From Octopus vulgaris (Eukaryota), in assembly GCA_951406725.2 (NCBI GenBank), contig OX597841.1:6262001-6326000 (forward strand): a stretch of DNA of 64,000 bases, given 5' to 3'. The position numbers and the translations under genes are program-made. Below are positions 51,736-64,000 of this stretch, in pieces (within the stretch, counting starts at the first letter, position 1; every line of letters starts with the position of its first letter). Below the pieces are notes generated by a model that did not search any database, was not told the origin of the DNA, and saw only the letters and a list, made by a program, of their open reading frames with translations.

Positions 51736-52497
51736 ATGGACACTGAAAGGGCAAACATTGGGACAAGCGATCAGCCCCATTCACCAACTAAGGAAGATAT
51801 TAGTAAATGTTTCGCTAAATATGATATGGAAAATAAAACACGTGTAGCTTATATAGTCGACCCTAAGTGTTCAACAAACGATGCAGCAGATTTTAGAAGG
51901 GCATTAGAACGTATTGGATTTAAATGTGAACCTATTTATAACGATTTTGAAACAATGTGCAAAGATTTGGAAAAGTTTAACGAACCTAAACTTAAAAATA
52001 AAATTGGTTGCTTTATTTGTGCAGTTATAAACCAAGATCACGAGAAAGCTGGATCTGACGTAATTGCAGTAACTTCTAAGCTGACAGCAGCCGATAAGTG
52101 TAAATCTTTAACAGGAGTTCCTAAAGCAGCCGATAAGTGTAAATCTTTAACAGGAGTTCCTAAATTAATTTTTATTGAAGCAGTTGAAATAGTTAAAAGA
52201 TTCCACGCAGTGGATGCACCTGGAACAGACAATATGCCTAAAATCCCAATAACGGCAGATCTGTTGGTTTTTCGTTCGTGGCGGAAAGAATGTCTGCCAA
52301 TCCACGGCAAACATGAAGCTTCGCCATTTATGAAAATATTAACCAAAAATTTGAATGAGTATGGCACTAAATATGAAATACTGAAGCTATTAACCATTAC
52401 TTCTGGTGAATTCCAAAGTTCGGAGAATTCGAAAAATAATGGCTCTGAAAGAAAGACTCAGATTGCGTCGACATTGCTCAAAGAACTAATGTTTTGA
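51736..52497 (+). CDS. Catalytically dead caspase homologue E (no His, no Cys), open frame
   Basis: CFICAVINQD replaces SHG; PKLIFIEAVEI replaces QACRG; rest aligns with paralogues; ATG in ACCATGG context at 51736; in-frame 39-bp duplication at 52087-52164. Confidence 0.75.
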   Translation: MDTERANIGTSDQPHSPTKEDISKCFAKYDMENKTRVAYIVDPKCSTNDAADFRRALERIGFKCEPIYNDFETMCKDLEKFNEPKLKNKIGCFICAVINQDHEKAGSDVIAVTSKLTAADKCKSLTGVPKAADKCKSLTGVPKLIFIEAVEIVKRFHAVDAPGTDNMPKIPITADLLVFRSWRKECLPIHGKHEASPFMKILTKNLNEYGTKYEILKLLTITSGEFQSSENSKNNGSERKTQIASTLLKELMF

Positions 52498-53274
52498 ACC
52501 AGCGAACTAAAATATTTCCGGTGTGGGATCCTTAAATAGAAATGCGGCTTCTTATGGTGAGAATTTCTGATGCATCTACATATTATATGAAAAGAATATA
52601 TTTTAGATATTCATACATCGAAAACTACAAGAATTTTAAGAATTCATATATCTACAAATAAATGCACAATTTCACGTGCAATACCCACAGCAGAAATTGA
52701 TAAATCGATAAATACAATATTTTCAACTAAATGATTGCTAATATGATTACAAACTTGATTTTAGTTTAATATCTTCGAACATTTTAAGATGCTTCACTAA
52801 ACCTATTTCCTACCATAAATTTTACTAAGAACACCACGTGACTTATTGGTACATTCTAAATATCAAAATAATTCTACACTCTGAAAATTGGACTAACATT
52901 CTTTTATATACAACTAAATATGAACAATATTAATACGTAGACTATTTTATTCACATGCTTTCATATATCGCTGGATTCCTAAAAGGTTGTCCGCCAAACA
53001 GAAATTATTTTCTTTCTTTTCTTATTGCATTATATCTCAGTACAATTGCGTAACGTTTCTTTCTTCCAATAATTCTGATATTTTTTTTTTACTCTGGTGG
53101 TTAATCTCTCCTTAAAATTTGTCTTTTATTAACATATTGTCTCTGAATTGCCAACAACATAATAAAATCTATCAGCTTGTACGTTGTTTGTTAATTAATT
53201 TAAAACATATTAAGTGTAAATGAATGTTTCGTCTGTAATTTTGTTTGCCTGGAACGCAATATTTCCATGATGTT

Positions 53275-53537
53275 TTCAATCCTGTCATTTTCCTGTCATT
53301 TTCTCGTCAATTTCCTGTCATTTTCCTGTCATTTTCTTGTCCTTTTCCTGTCAATTTCCTGTCATTTTCCTGTCATTTTCCTGTCAATTTCCTGTCAAAT
53401 TCCTGTCAAATTCCTGTCATTTTCTTGTCATTTTCTTGTCATTTTCCAGTCATTTTCTTGTCAAATTCCTGTCAAATTCCTGTCAAATTCCTGTCATTTT
53501 CTTGTCATTTTCCTGTCATTTTCCTGTCATTTTCTTG
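53275..53537. repeat. 11-bp minisatellite (TTTCYTGTCAW)
   Basis: Tandem periodicity; unexpanded in the paralogous flank at ~50098-50135. Confidence 0.9.
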
Positions 53538-53745
53538 CAGCTGATTGTTCGGCAATTTCCGTAAATAATTTTTAAATAATTTACCATCATTTCATGTCCT
53601 GTTGAAGTCGACATTTCCTTTTGAAGTCGGTGAGGTGGACAAAATGAGACACTGAGGCTAGGAGCGAGTGTAGAAGGAACTCGCATACTCACACGCACGC
53701 GCCAACACACACACACACACTTACCCACACACACCAACACACACA

Positions 53746-53776
<31 letters not shown>

Positions 53777-54177
53777 TTACCCACACACACATATACAATG
53801 CATGTATGAACGCGTATAAGAAATGTAATTTGTTTAGCTGTGCGTGTGTGTGTGTGTGTGTGCGTGTGTGTGTGTGTCGTGTGTGTGTGTGTGTGTGTGA
53901 GTTGATGTGTGTGGAAGTAAAGCATTTTCGTGTTTCTCTGTGCGTGCAACATTGTGCTTGCGTGTGAGCGCGTTCTGTTTTAACTATTTATACACACACA
54001 CACACACACATACATACACACACTCACACACACACAGACACACGACACACACACACACACACACAAACTCGCAAACACACACAGACTCAAACACACACGC
54101 ACACACAGAGACTCACACACACACACACACACACGACACACAGACTCACAGACTCACACACACGACACACACACACA

Positions 54178-54211
<34 letters not shown>

Positions 54212-54318
54212 TGACACACACACACACACAAACTCGCAAAAACACACAGACTCAAACACACACACACGACACACACACACACACACAGACTCACACACAC
54301 ACACGACACACACACACA

Positions 54319-54428
<110 letters not shown>

Positions 54429-54799
54429 CACACATATTACCTCTCATATTCATCTAAATACATTCATACATCTTGCAAGTCTGGGTTTACATTAAGGGGT
54501 CAATGGTTGTATGTCGTGTGCTTGTACTGGTACTGATTTATTTGACCCAAAAAAGACGCGAGGCAAAGACAACCACGAGGGAACTTGAACCCAGAACGCA
54601 AAGAGGAAATGATGCCACGTAACCCCCCCCCCCCCACATATAATAATCTTTCCTACCACAAGCTCACAAGCAGAAGTTTTGTTGGGTGAACAGTCGATTA
54701 CAACGACCGCGGTGCTCCACTCCACTGGTGGAATTTGAACCCAGAACGGAAAGACTGATGCAATTCAACTAAGCCACAAATGCACACGCATAATAACCC

Positions 54800-55160
54800 T
54801 TTCTACAATAGGCACAAGGCCTGCAATTTTGGGGTTAGGGGGATGGTCGATTCCACAGAACCCCAGTGCTCCACTGGTATATATTTCTTTTACTACCCAC
54901 AAGGGGCTAAACACAGAGGGGACAAACAAGGACAGACAAAGGGATTAAGTCGATTATATCGACCCCAGTGTGTAACTGGTACTTAATTTATCGACCCCGA
55001 AAGGATGAAAGGCAAAGTCGACCTCGGTGGAATTTGAACTCAGAACGTAACGGCAGATGAAATACCTATTTCTTTACTGCCCACAAGGGGCTAAACACAG
55101 AGGGGACAAACAAGGACAGACATAGGTATTAAGTCGATTATATTGACCCCAGTGCGTAAC
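54800..55160 (-). mobile_element. SINE family B bodies and older degenerate copies (continuing to ~55840)
   Basis: GAAAGGATGAAAGGCAAAGTCGACCTCGG core. Confidence 0.7.
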
Positions 55161-56051
55161 AATCAGTAATAATTTGACGGTGGCGGTGTCTTAATTAGTT
55201 TTGCTTCGTTCAGCTACACACTGTCAGGACAAGCACGACCGACCATCCAACATCCCAGTCTCCTATACCGCCTATCCACAACTCTCCCTTTTCCTGCCGA
55301 CCAGCTCACTTGCTAACCGCAGTGAACACCCTGCCTACAGTTCGTCTACAATCCTTGCTCAGTGCCTTACACTAATACTTATTTCATCGATCCCGAAAAG
55401 GATAAAAGGGCAAGTTGACTTCGTGGAGTTTGAACCCTGGATACAAAGAAGGATGAAATTATGTGAAGCAACACACACACACGTGCGCCTAATAATCCTC
55501 CCACTAAAGGCAAAACGCTTGAATTTTGCGGGTTGGGCAGTCGATTACGTTGACCCCTAGTGTATGACTGGTACTCATTTCATTGACCAAGGTAGGATGA
55601 AAGGCTAAGTGAGTCTCGGTTGAATTTGAACCTGGTTTCCGTTTCCTATAAGTCGCCAAAAAAAAAAACAGCTTTTACTGCAAACAGATGAAATGCAAGC
55701 GAGCAACACACATACGAAATAACCTTTTCCACTAAAAGCACAAGGGCTGAAATTTTGACGGGCAGGACTAATTGATTACATCGACCCTAGTACGCAACTG
55801 GTACCCACTTCATTGATTCTTAAGGGATAAAAGGCAATGGTTGATCCGAAATTTTGACGGGCATTTGACTGCGGCCATGCTGGAGCACCCGCCTCTAGTC
55901 GAGCAAATCGACACCACGACTTATTCTTTGTAAGCCTAGTACTTATTCTATCGGTCTCTTTCGCCGAACCGCTAAGTTACGGGGACGTAAACACACCAGC
56001 ATCGTTTGTCAAGCAATGCTAGGGGGACAAACACAGACACAAACACAGACA

Positions 56052-56097
<46 letters not shown>

Positions 56098-56299
56098 GGT
56101 CCCGGGTTGAGTCGGGGTTAACCACAGTAAATAAGGTACTCAATACATAGCAGAGTAAATTAATTTATTATATAGAAGCTTTGGTGATGGTTATAAGGGC
56201 ACTGGGGTGTGCTAGGATATGTAGGTCCCGGGTTGAGTCGGGGTTAACCACAGTAAATAAGGTACTCAATACATAGCAGAGTAAATTACTTTATTATAT

Positions 56300-56372
<73 letters not shown>

Positions 56373-57564
56373 CATATATACGACAGGCTTCTTTCAGTTT
56401 CCGTCTACCAAATCCACTCACAAGGCATTGGTCGGCCCGGGGTTATAGCAGAAGACACTTGCCCATGATGCCACGAAGTGGGACTGAACCCAGAACCATG
56501 TGGTTGGTTAGCCACTCACCAATTATATTTCATATACACGTAACGAGTGTGTGATACAAGTGCACGTGTGTGTGTGTACGTGTGTACGTGTGTTTGATCG
56601 TGTGTGTGTGTGAGTATATACGTGTAGTGATTGCTAGCCTCAATATCTCATTTTGCCTCCCTCACTGACATCAAAGCAAACTCGAATTGAACAGGACATG
56701 AAATGATGGAAAATGAATAGAAATTACTTACGGAAATTGCCGAACAATCAGCTGCAAGAAAACGATACGGAAATCACAAGATTGAAAACGTCATCGAAAG
56801 ATGGCGTTGCAGTCGAACGGAAATACATGAGAAGCCATTCTTCAAGCTTGAAATATTTTAAGACCATAAAAACTAACATAAAAGCTGATACATTTTATTA
56901 TTTCGTCATCATTTCAGGGACTTTGTGTTAATAACAGACAAACAGCTCTATCTGCGACAATTTCATCTGAATCGAAGGAGAGGGGGCTTTCTCCGTCCGG
57001 GTTGCGGATCCGTGGAATAAGCTGCCGGACGAGATAGTGAAGATGCCGACGACCGCTCGGTTCAAAGCCTCCCTTGACCAGAAATGGCCTGAACTCTTTG
57101 CATAAACACCACCCTGTACATAACTTCATGTCCCCCTACATGGCCTTGCTTTTTTGCTTTTTGAGCCAAAAAATTAACTAACTAACTAAAATATCATTGA
57201 GAGATTTTCCAGGAGAGTAAAAAATAGCAGGAGAACTGAAAAAAAAAAGAACTTTACGGAATGCTGCTGACATAATACAATGCTGTGAGAAAAGAAAAAT
57301 AAATCAATTTCTCTTTCGCAGACAATGTTTTACGAATCCAGCGTTTTACGAAAGTATCCATATTAATATTGTACGCATTTAGTTGCATACTAGACTTAAT
57401 ACCCGGCGTTGGCCGGTGAAGGATTCACAGAACTGTTTGCCAGTTTATAGAAAGGGAATTCATGGTACTTCTGCTTGTATATATATTTAACCTAACTTCT
57501 GGACTTGTTTAATTGTTAGTTCAAGTTTCAGAGTGAAGAATTATTTTGAAATTTAGAATATAAC

Positions 57565-58750
57565 TGGTGTTCTTAATAAAGGCACAGTTGTTCTTAATAA
57601 AGGCACAAGTGTTCTTAATAAAGGCACAGGTGTTCTTAATAAAGGCACAGGTGTTCTTAATAAAGGCACAGGTGTTCTTAATAAAGACACAGGTGTTCTT
57701 AATAAGGACACAGGTGTTCTTAATAAAGACACAGGTGTTCTTAATAAAGGCACAAGTGTTCTTAATAAAGGCACAGGTGTTCTTAATAAAGGCACAGGTG
57801 TTCTTAATAAAGGCACAGGTGTTCTTAATAAGGACACAGGTGTTCTTAATAAGGACACAGGTGTTCTTAATAAAGACACAGGTGTTCTTAATAAAGGCAC
57901 AAGTGTTCTTAATAAAGGCACAGGTGTTCTTAATAAAGGCACAGGTGTTCTTAATAAAGGCACAGGTGTTCTTAATAAAGACACAGGTGTTCTTAATAAG
58001 GACACAGGTGTTCTTAATAAAGGCACATTTGTTCTTAATAAAGGCACATTTGTTCTTAATAAAGACACAGATGTTCTTAATAAAGGCACAGGTGTTCTTA
58101 ATAAGGGTGTTCTTAATAAAGATGCAGATGTTCTTAATAAAGACACAGGTGTTCTTAATAAGGACACAGGTGTTCTTAATAAAGACACAGGTGTTCTTAA
58201 TAAGGACACAGGTGTTCTTAATAAAGGCACATTTGTTCTTAATAAAGGCACATTTGTTCTTAATAAAGACACAGGTGTTCTTAATAAAGGCACAGGTGTT
58301 CTTAATAAGGACACAGGTGTTCTTAATAAAGGCACGTTTGTTCTTAATAAAGGCACATCTGTTCTTAATAAAGACACAGGTGTTCTTAATAAAGACACAG
58401 GTGTTCTTAATAAATGCAGAGGTGTTCTTAATAAAGGCACAGGTGTTCTTAATAAAGGCACATTTGTTCTTTATAAAGACACAGGTGTTCTTAATAAAGG
58501 CACAGGTGTTCTTAATAAAGATGCAGATGATCTTAATAAAGACACGGGTGTTCTTAATAAGGACACAGGTGTTCTTAATAAAGACACAGGTGTTCTTAAT
58601 AAGGACACAGGTGTTCTTAATAAAGGAACATTTGTTCTTAATAAAGGCACAGGTGTTCTTAATAAAGACACAGGTGTTCTTAATAAAGGCACAGGTGTTC
58701 TAATTAAGGCAGGGGTGTTTTTAATAAAGGCACAGGTATTCTTAATAAAA
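57565..58750. repeat. 21-bp minisatellite, ~56 units (mirror of 48636..49322)
   Basis: GGTGTTCTTAATAAAGGCACA tandem. Confidence 0.95.
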
Positions 58751-61700
58751 TTCATGCTAGGAAATGGGTTTAGTTAGGCATCTTGCAAAATTAGAGGATA
58801 TTTATTAAACCAATATCAATTTGTAATCATTTTAGCAATTATTTAGCTGAAAATATTACATTTATCTATTTATCAATTTATGCTGTTGGTGTTACCTGTG
58901 GAAATAGTTTTTTCTTCCATACATACAGACATACATACATACATACATACATACATACATACATACATACATACATACATACAAACATACATACATACAT
59001 ACATACATACATACATACATACATACATACATACATACATACATACATACATACATACATACATACACACATACATACATACACCCATACATACATACAT
59101 ACATACATACACACATACATACATACATACATACATACAAACATACATACATACATACATACAAACATACATACATACATACAAACATACATACATACAT
59201 ACATACATACATACATACATGCATGCATACACACACACATACATACACACATACATGTATGTTCGTGTGTATGTCTGTCTGTCTGTCTGTCTTCCGGCTA
59301 AGTGTGAGTGTACGCGCGAGTATTTGCGAAATAAAACAAAAACAGATTTCCTACGAAAGCAAAAACTGAAATTCTATATCGAAATAAATTCTCTCTTAAA
59401 TTATTTTAATTTTAATTCATTGTATTAACCCCATCAAAGTACTTCAAGTGGCCTGAATAAAGCGATGCCTTTGGAGATTATATAGTAACTGGTGCACTTC
59501 TCTGTAAATATAATGGGCCCCAGAACACACACGTTCCATTATGAAAGCCACAATTTGCTCTACCATTCTGTCCGGAACTTGTTGCATGTCCCCTATCGTC
59601 TGAGTGTTCTCCTGTAAATCGATCCCCTGGAAAACACTGAGGAAACACTTCGAACTGACATCATCCATTGGGTCTATGACATTACAGGATGTGTTTGGGA
59701 CCACTTCAGCTTTGTAATCGCAACGCAGTTTCGGTTTCCAAGGACAAATCAATTTCAATGTAAAATGACGGTCAAGTGTATGTTAAACTGCTCTCGTATA
59801 TAAGGGTGTTGTGAATGAATGTCTCTGTGTGTGTGTATGTGTGTGTGAGTGTGTGTATGTCTGTGTGTGTGTGCGTGAGTGTGTATGCCTGTGTGTGTAT
59901 GTATGAGTGTGTGCGTGTGGTGTGTGTGTGTTTGTGTGTGTGCGTGAGTGTGTATGCCTGTGTGTGTATATATGAGTGTGTGCGTGTGGTGTGTGTGCGT
60001 GTGGTGTGTGTTTGTGTGTGTGCGTGAGTGTGTGTGCCTGTGTGTGTATGTATGAGTGTGTGCGTGTGTGTGTGTGTATTTGTGTGTGTGCTTGAGTGTG
60101 TATGTATGAGTGCGTGCGTGTGGTGTGTGTGTTTGTGTGTGTGCGTGAGTGTGTATGCATGTGTGTGAATATATGAGTGTGTGCGTGTGGTGTGTGTGTT
60201 TGTGTGTGTGCGTGAATGTGTATTCCTGTGTGTGTATATATGAGTGTGTGCGTGTGGTGTGTGTGTGTGTGAGTGTGTATGCCTGTGTGTGTATGTATGA
60301 GTGTGTGCGTGTGTGTGTATATATGAGTGTGTGCGTGAATGTGTATGCCTGTGTGTGTATATATAAGTGTGTGCGTGTGTGTGTATATGAGTGTGTGCGT
60401 GTGGTGTGTGTGTGTGTGTGTGTGCGTGAGTGTGTTTGCCTGTGTGTGTATGTATGAGTGTGTGCGTGTGTGTGTATATATGAGTGTGTGCGTGAATGTG
60501 TATGCCTGTGTGTGTATATATAAGTGTGTGCGTGTGTGTGTATATATGAGTGTGTGCATGTGGTGTGTGTGTGTTTGTGTGTGCACGTGAGTGTGTATGC
60601 CTGTGTGTGTATGAATGAGTGTGTGCGTGTGGTGTGTGTGTTTGTGTTTGTATGAAATCTTCGTAGTTTTCTTAAGTCGAATTCTCCTAGGAGGGATTTG
60701 GAGATCTTTGCCGAAATTAATCGAATGAATTTTAAAAAAGGTGTATTTAGGGCGAAGAAACAATATTTTCAGCTTTTATTTCTTCCATATCCACATTTCC
60801 AGGGAGGGATTCATATTTTGCTTCCACATTTCTTCTACGTTCGTACTTTACTTCTACGCAGGCGCAAAGCAACACATCCAATCCGTCTAACAAAAGGAGT
60901 TTTCTACTTTTGGAAAGAAGGAAATTATATGAGAAGCAACTTAGGGTCTTTTTTCTGGAAGTTTGAAACTAAAAGAATAAATCTTCCGGATTCTATCTCC
61001 GTGTCTGTAGACGTAGTTTAAACAAAACCCCTCTTTCAAAAATTGTAAAATAAAAAAACTTTTGGGTGGGAAGGAAGAAATTTTTATTTTGGAAAATTTC
61101 TTTTTGTTTTTCTTTTGGCAAAATCGTAATCTTCCATAACTAAAACATCGGAAAGAGTAAGAAATAAATGAAAAGGAATATGGATTTGGGGTTAGGGTAA
61201 ACCCGCCGAAATTTGAAACAGAAAGGATTTCATAAAAACATATCCGGAGGCTGAACTCATAAGTAAGATGGTTAAACGTTCAGATGCGAGGTGTCCGAAA
61301 AAGATAAAATGCCTTTCCTTCAGTTGTCGGCAATTTCCGTAACGAACTACTTACGGAAATTGTCGAGCAATTAGACGCAAGGAAAGGACAAGATTGAACC
61401 CATAATGGAAACATTGCGCTGCAGGCAAAGAAATTTACAGAAGTTTTCATTCACACTTTACATATCTAAATAAATTAAGAACTAACGAAAAAGCTGATAC
61501 ATTTTGATATTTCATTGGCAATTCAGAGACTTCACATTTATAAGAGAGAAATTTTATTAGGAGATTATCCACAAGAATTTAACAAGAATAGCAGAATAAT
61601 TGAAAAAAATATTACGCAATGGTGCTGAGATAGTTTAATGCAGTGAGAGAAGAAAGATAAAAAATTTCTCTTTGGCAGAGAAACTGTTACGAATCCAGCG

Positions 61701-62222
61701 ATATAGGAAAATACATGAATAAAATAGCCTAGATATTAATATTGTTCATATTTAGTTGTATATAAAACAATGTTGGTTCAATTTTCAGAATGTAGGATTA
61801 TTTTGTAATTTAGAATGGACCTATAAGTCACTGGTGTTCTTTAGTAAAATTTACGGGAGGAAATAGTTTTAGTGAAGCAGCACCTTAAAATGTTAGGGGA
61901 TATTTATTTAACGAAAATCAATATGTAGGTTATATTATTCCTGTGCTCTCATACATCGCTGGATTAGTAAAACATTGTCTGCGAAACAGAAATTGTTTTA
62001 CTTTGTTTTCTCACTGCATTGTACTTTCTGGGCATCATTGTGTAACGTTTCTTCAATTCTTTGGGTATTTGTTTCACTCCGGAGGATAATCTCTGGAGGA
62101 TAATCTCTGAAATGACAACGAAATAATACCATGTATTAGCTTTTACGTCTGTCCTTCGTGTATCGCGGAATTGCACAAATAAAGCAATCAAAAACGATTT
62201 CAAGATTATCTTGCTCAAATTC

Positions 62223-62721
62223 TTTCATCAAAAGACGGAGATGTTCAAAGGGCTTGAGAAAATCTTGATTTCAAGATGATGACCTCAGATTTTATACAGA
62301 TTCAGAAGTCAAACATTTGTTCGACTGTTACATCTGTATAAAAGCTGAGGTCCTCTTTTTAAATCCTCGTCTTTTGATGAAAGAATTTGAGGAAGATCAT
62401 CCTGTTATCATTATTGATTGCTTTATTTGTGCAATTCTGTATCATGGGGCAGAAAACGATGTTATATATGGATACGACGATGAAGTGAAGCTAGATGCGT
62501 TGCTTTCTTGCCCGGGACTCGATTGCTGTCCATCATTATAGGGAATAATTAAATTAATCTTTAGTCAAGCTGGTCGTGAGATTAAGAAATCGATGCTGGT
62601 AGATCCGGATTAAAACTATCTTGCCTCTCTTGAATTCCAATTCAAAATATAATGGCTGTAAGCTAATGCCTCAGATTATATCAACCTTGCTCAAAAACCG
62701 AAAATTTGAGAGAGGAAGTAA
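62223..62721 (+). pseudogene. Truncated caspase pseudogene (right arm)
   Basis: ORF 62317..62541 gives IDCFICAILYHGAENDVIYGYDDEVKLDALLSC, then a stop; LIFSQAGRE follows. Confidence 0.85.
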
Positions 62722-62868
62722 AATATTTCTGGTGTGGGACCCTTAAATAGATATGGAACTTCTTACGGTGAGAATTTCTGACGCATCTGCATATTGTACG
62801 AAAAGAATATGGTTTAGAAACACACACATCCAGAGATGCAACGGAGTAGATTTTAAAACCTCATGTAT

Positions 62869-63013
<145 letters not shown>

Positions 63014-64000
63014 TAGATATAGATATATATATAATAAACCTTTACATAAATAAATAACGTGAAATACACGAAGGGACGAACATAAGAGACAGACGGGTCA
63101 TTCAAAGCCTTCGTTCTTCAGTCAGAAACCGATTCCTCATCGCAGATTTCGATACATATATATATACATATATATATATACATATATATAACATGACTAT
63201 TTCCACAGGTAACACCAACAGCATAAATTGATAAATAGATAAATGTAATATTTTCAGCTAAATAATTGCTAAAATGATCATGAACGTGATACTTAACTAA
63301 AAGTATTTCTCAGCATGAATTTTATTAAGAACACCTGTGCCTTTATTAAGAACACCTGTGCCTTATAGTTAAATTCTAAATTTCAAAAGGATCTGTGTGT
63401 GTGTGTTTGTGTGTGTGTGTGTATGTGCGTGTGTCTATCTGTGTACGATTGCGCACGCGCCCTCCATTCTATTCCACCTTTCACCCCCCTCACTGATTTC
63501 GAAGCAAATGTCACCTTCAACACGACATGAAACGAGAAAGTAAATATATAAAACTTCGTGACGGAAATTACCGAAGATTTAGACCCTCAACGAAACATTG
63601 CCGAATTTTTAAATTCCAAATACTGAAAGAAAGACTCTTTACGGATATTTTGCACCGTGTATCTGACCGTTTAACCCTCTTACCTATGAGGGCAGCCTTC
63701 AGATATATTTTCGTGTGACCCTTTTTTGATTCAAATATCGGCGCAATTCGGTTGTACCCCTATCTCAACTCTCTCTATTTTTCAAAAATATCTCAGGCAT
63801 TCCTATTTTTTTGTTATCGAGGATTATGATTTGGGGTAACAGTTTTTTATTTTACTTTTTTGCTTAATCAACGGAGATTTCGAATGTGAAAGATAGATTT
63901 TTTCAATTTTAAACTTTCAGAAAGAAAGATCCAATGTCATTCCTCCTACATTTTTCTTCTTACAAAAACTAAGAAATTCCGAATGTTGTACATATTGAAC

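Overview
AT-rich eukaryotic (metazoan) genomic DNA, dense in microsatellites, tRNA-derived SINEs, MITEs and LINE/Penelope relics. The repeat content and single-exon C2H2 genes suggest a cephalopod (Octopus-like); that assignment is inference. Gene content: two paralogous single-coding-exon C2H2 zinc-finger genes (1.3-8.8 kb); two duplicated ORFs encoding only the DNA-binding half of a Tc1 transposase, with gene-like context (14.3 and 20.4 kb); and a ~40-kb array of intronless, short-prodomain caspase paralogues (24.7-62.7 kb). The caspases differ at the catalytic dyad and the Asp-binding S1 pocket. One is canonical QACRG with an added NLS-like tail. Two are EACRG (one split by a 1-nt frameshift). 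One is ATCRG and has lost all three S1 residues. One is catalytically dead but keeps an open frame, and lies in the spacer of a >7-kb-arm inverted repeat whose arms each carry a caspase pseudogene. An intact minimal hammerhead ribozyme lies in sense orientation downstream of the canonical caspase. Most short ORFs in the supplied track are microsatellite, SINE or antisense artefacts.
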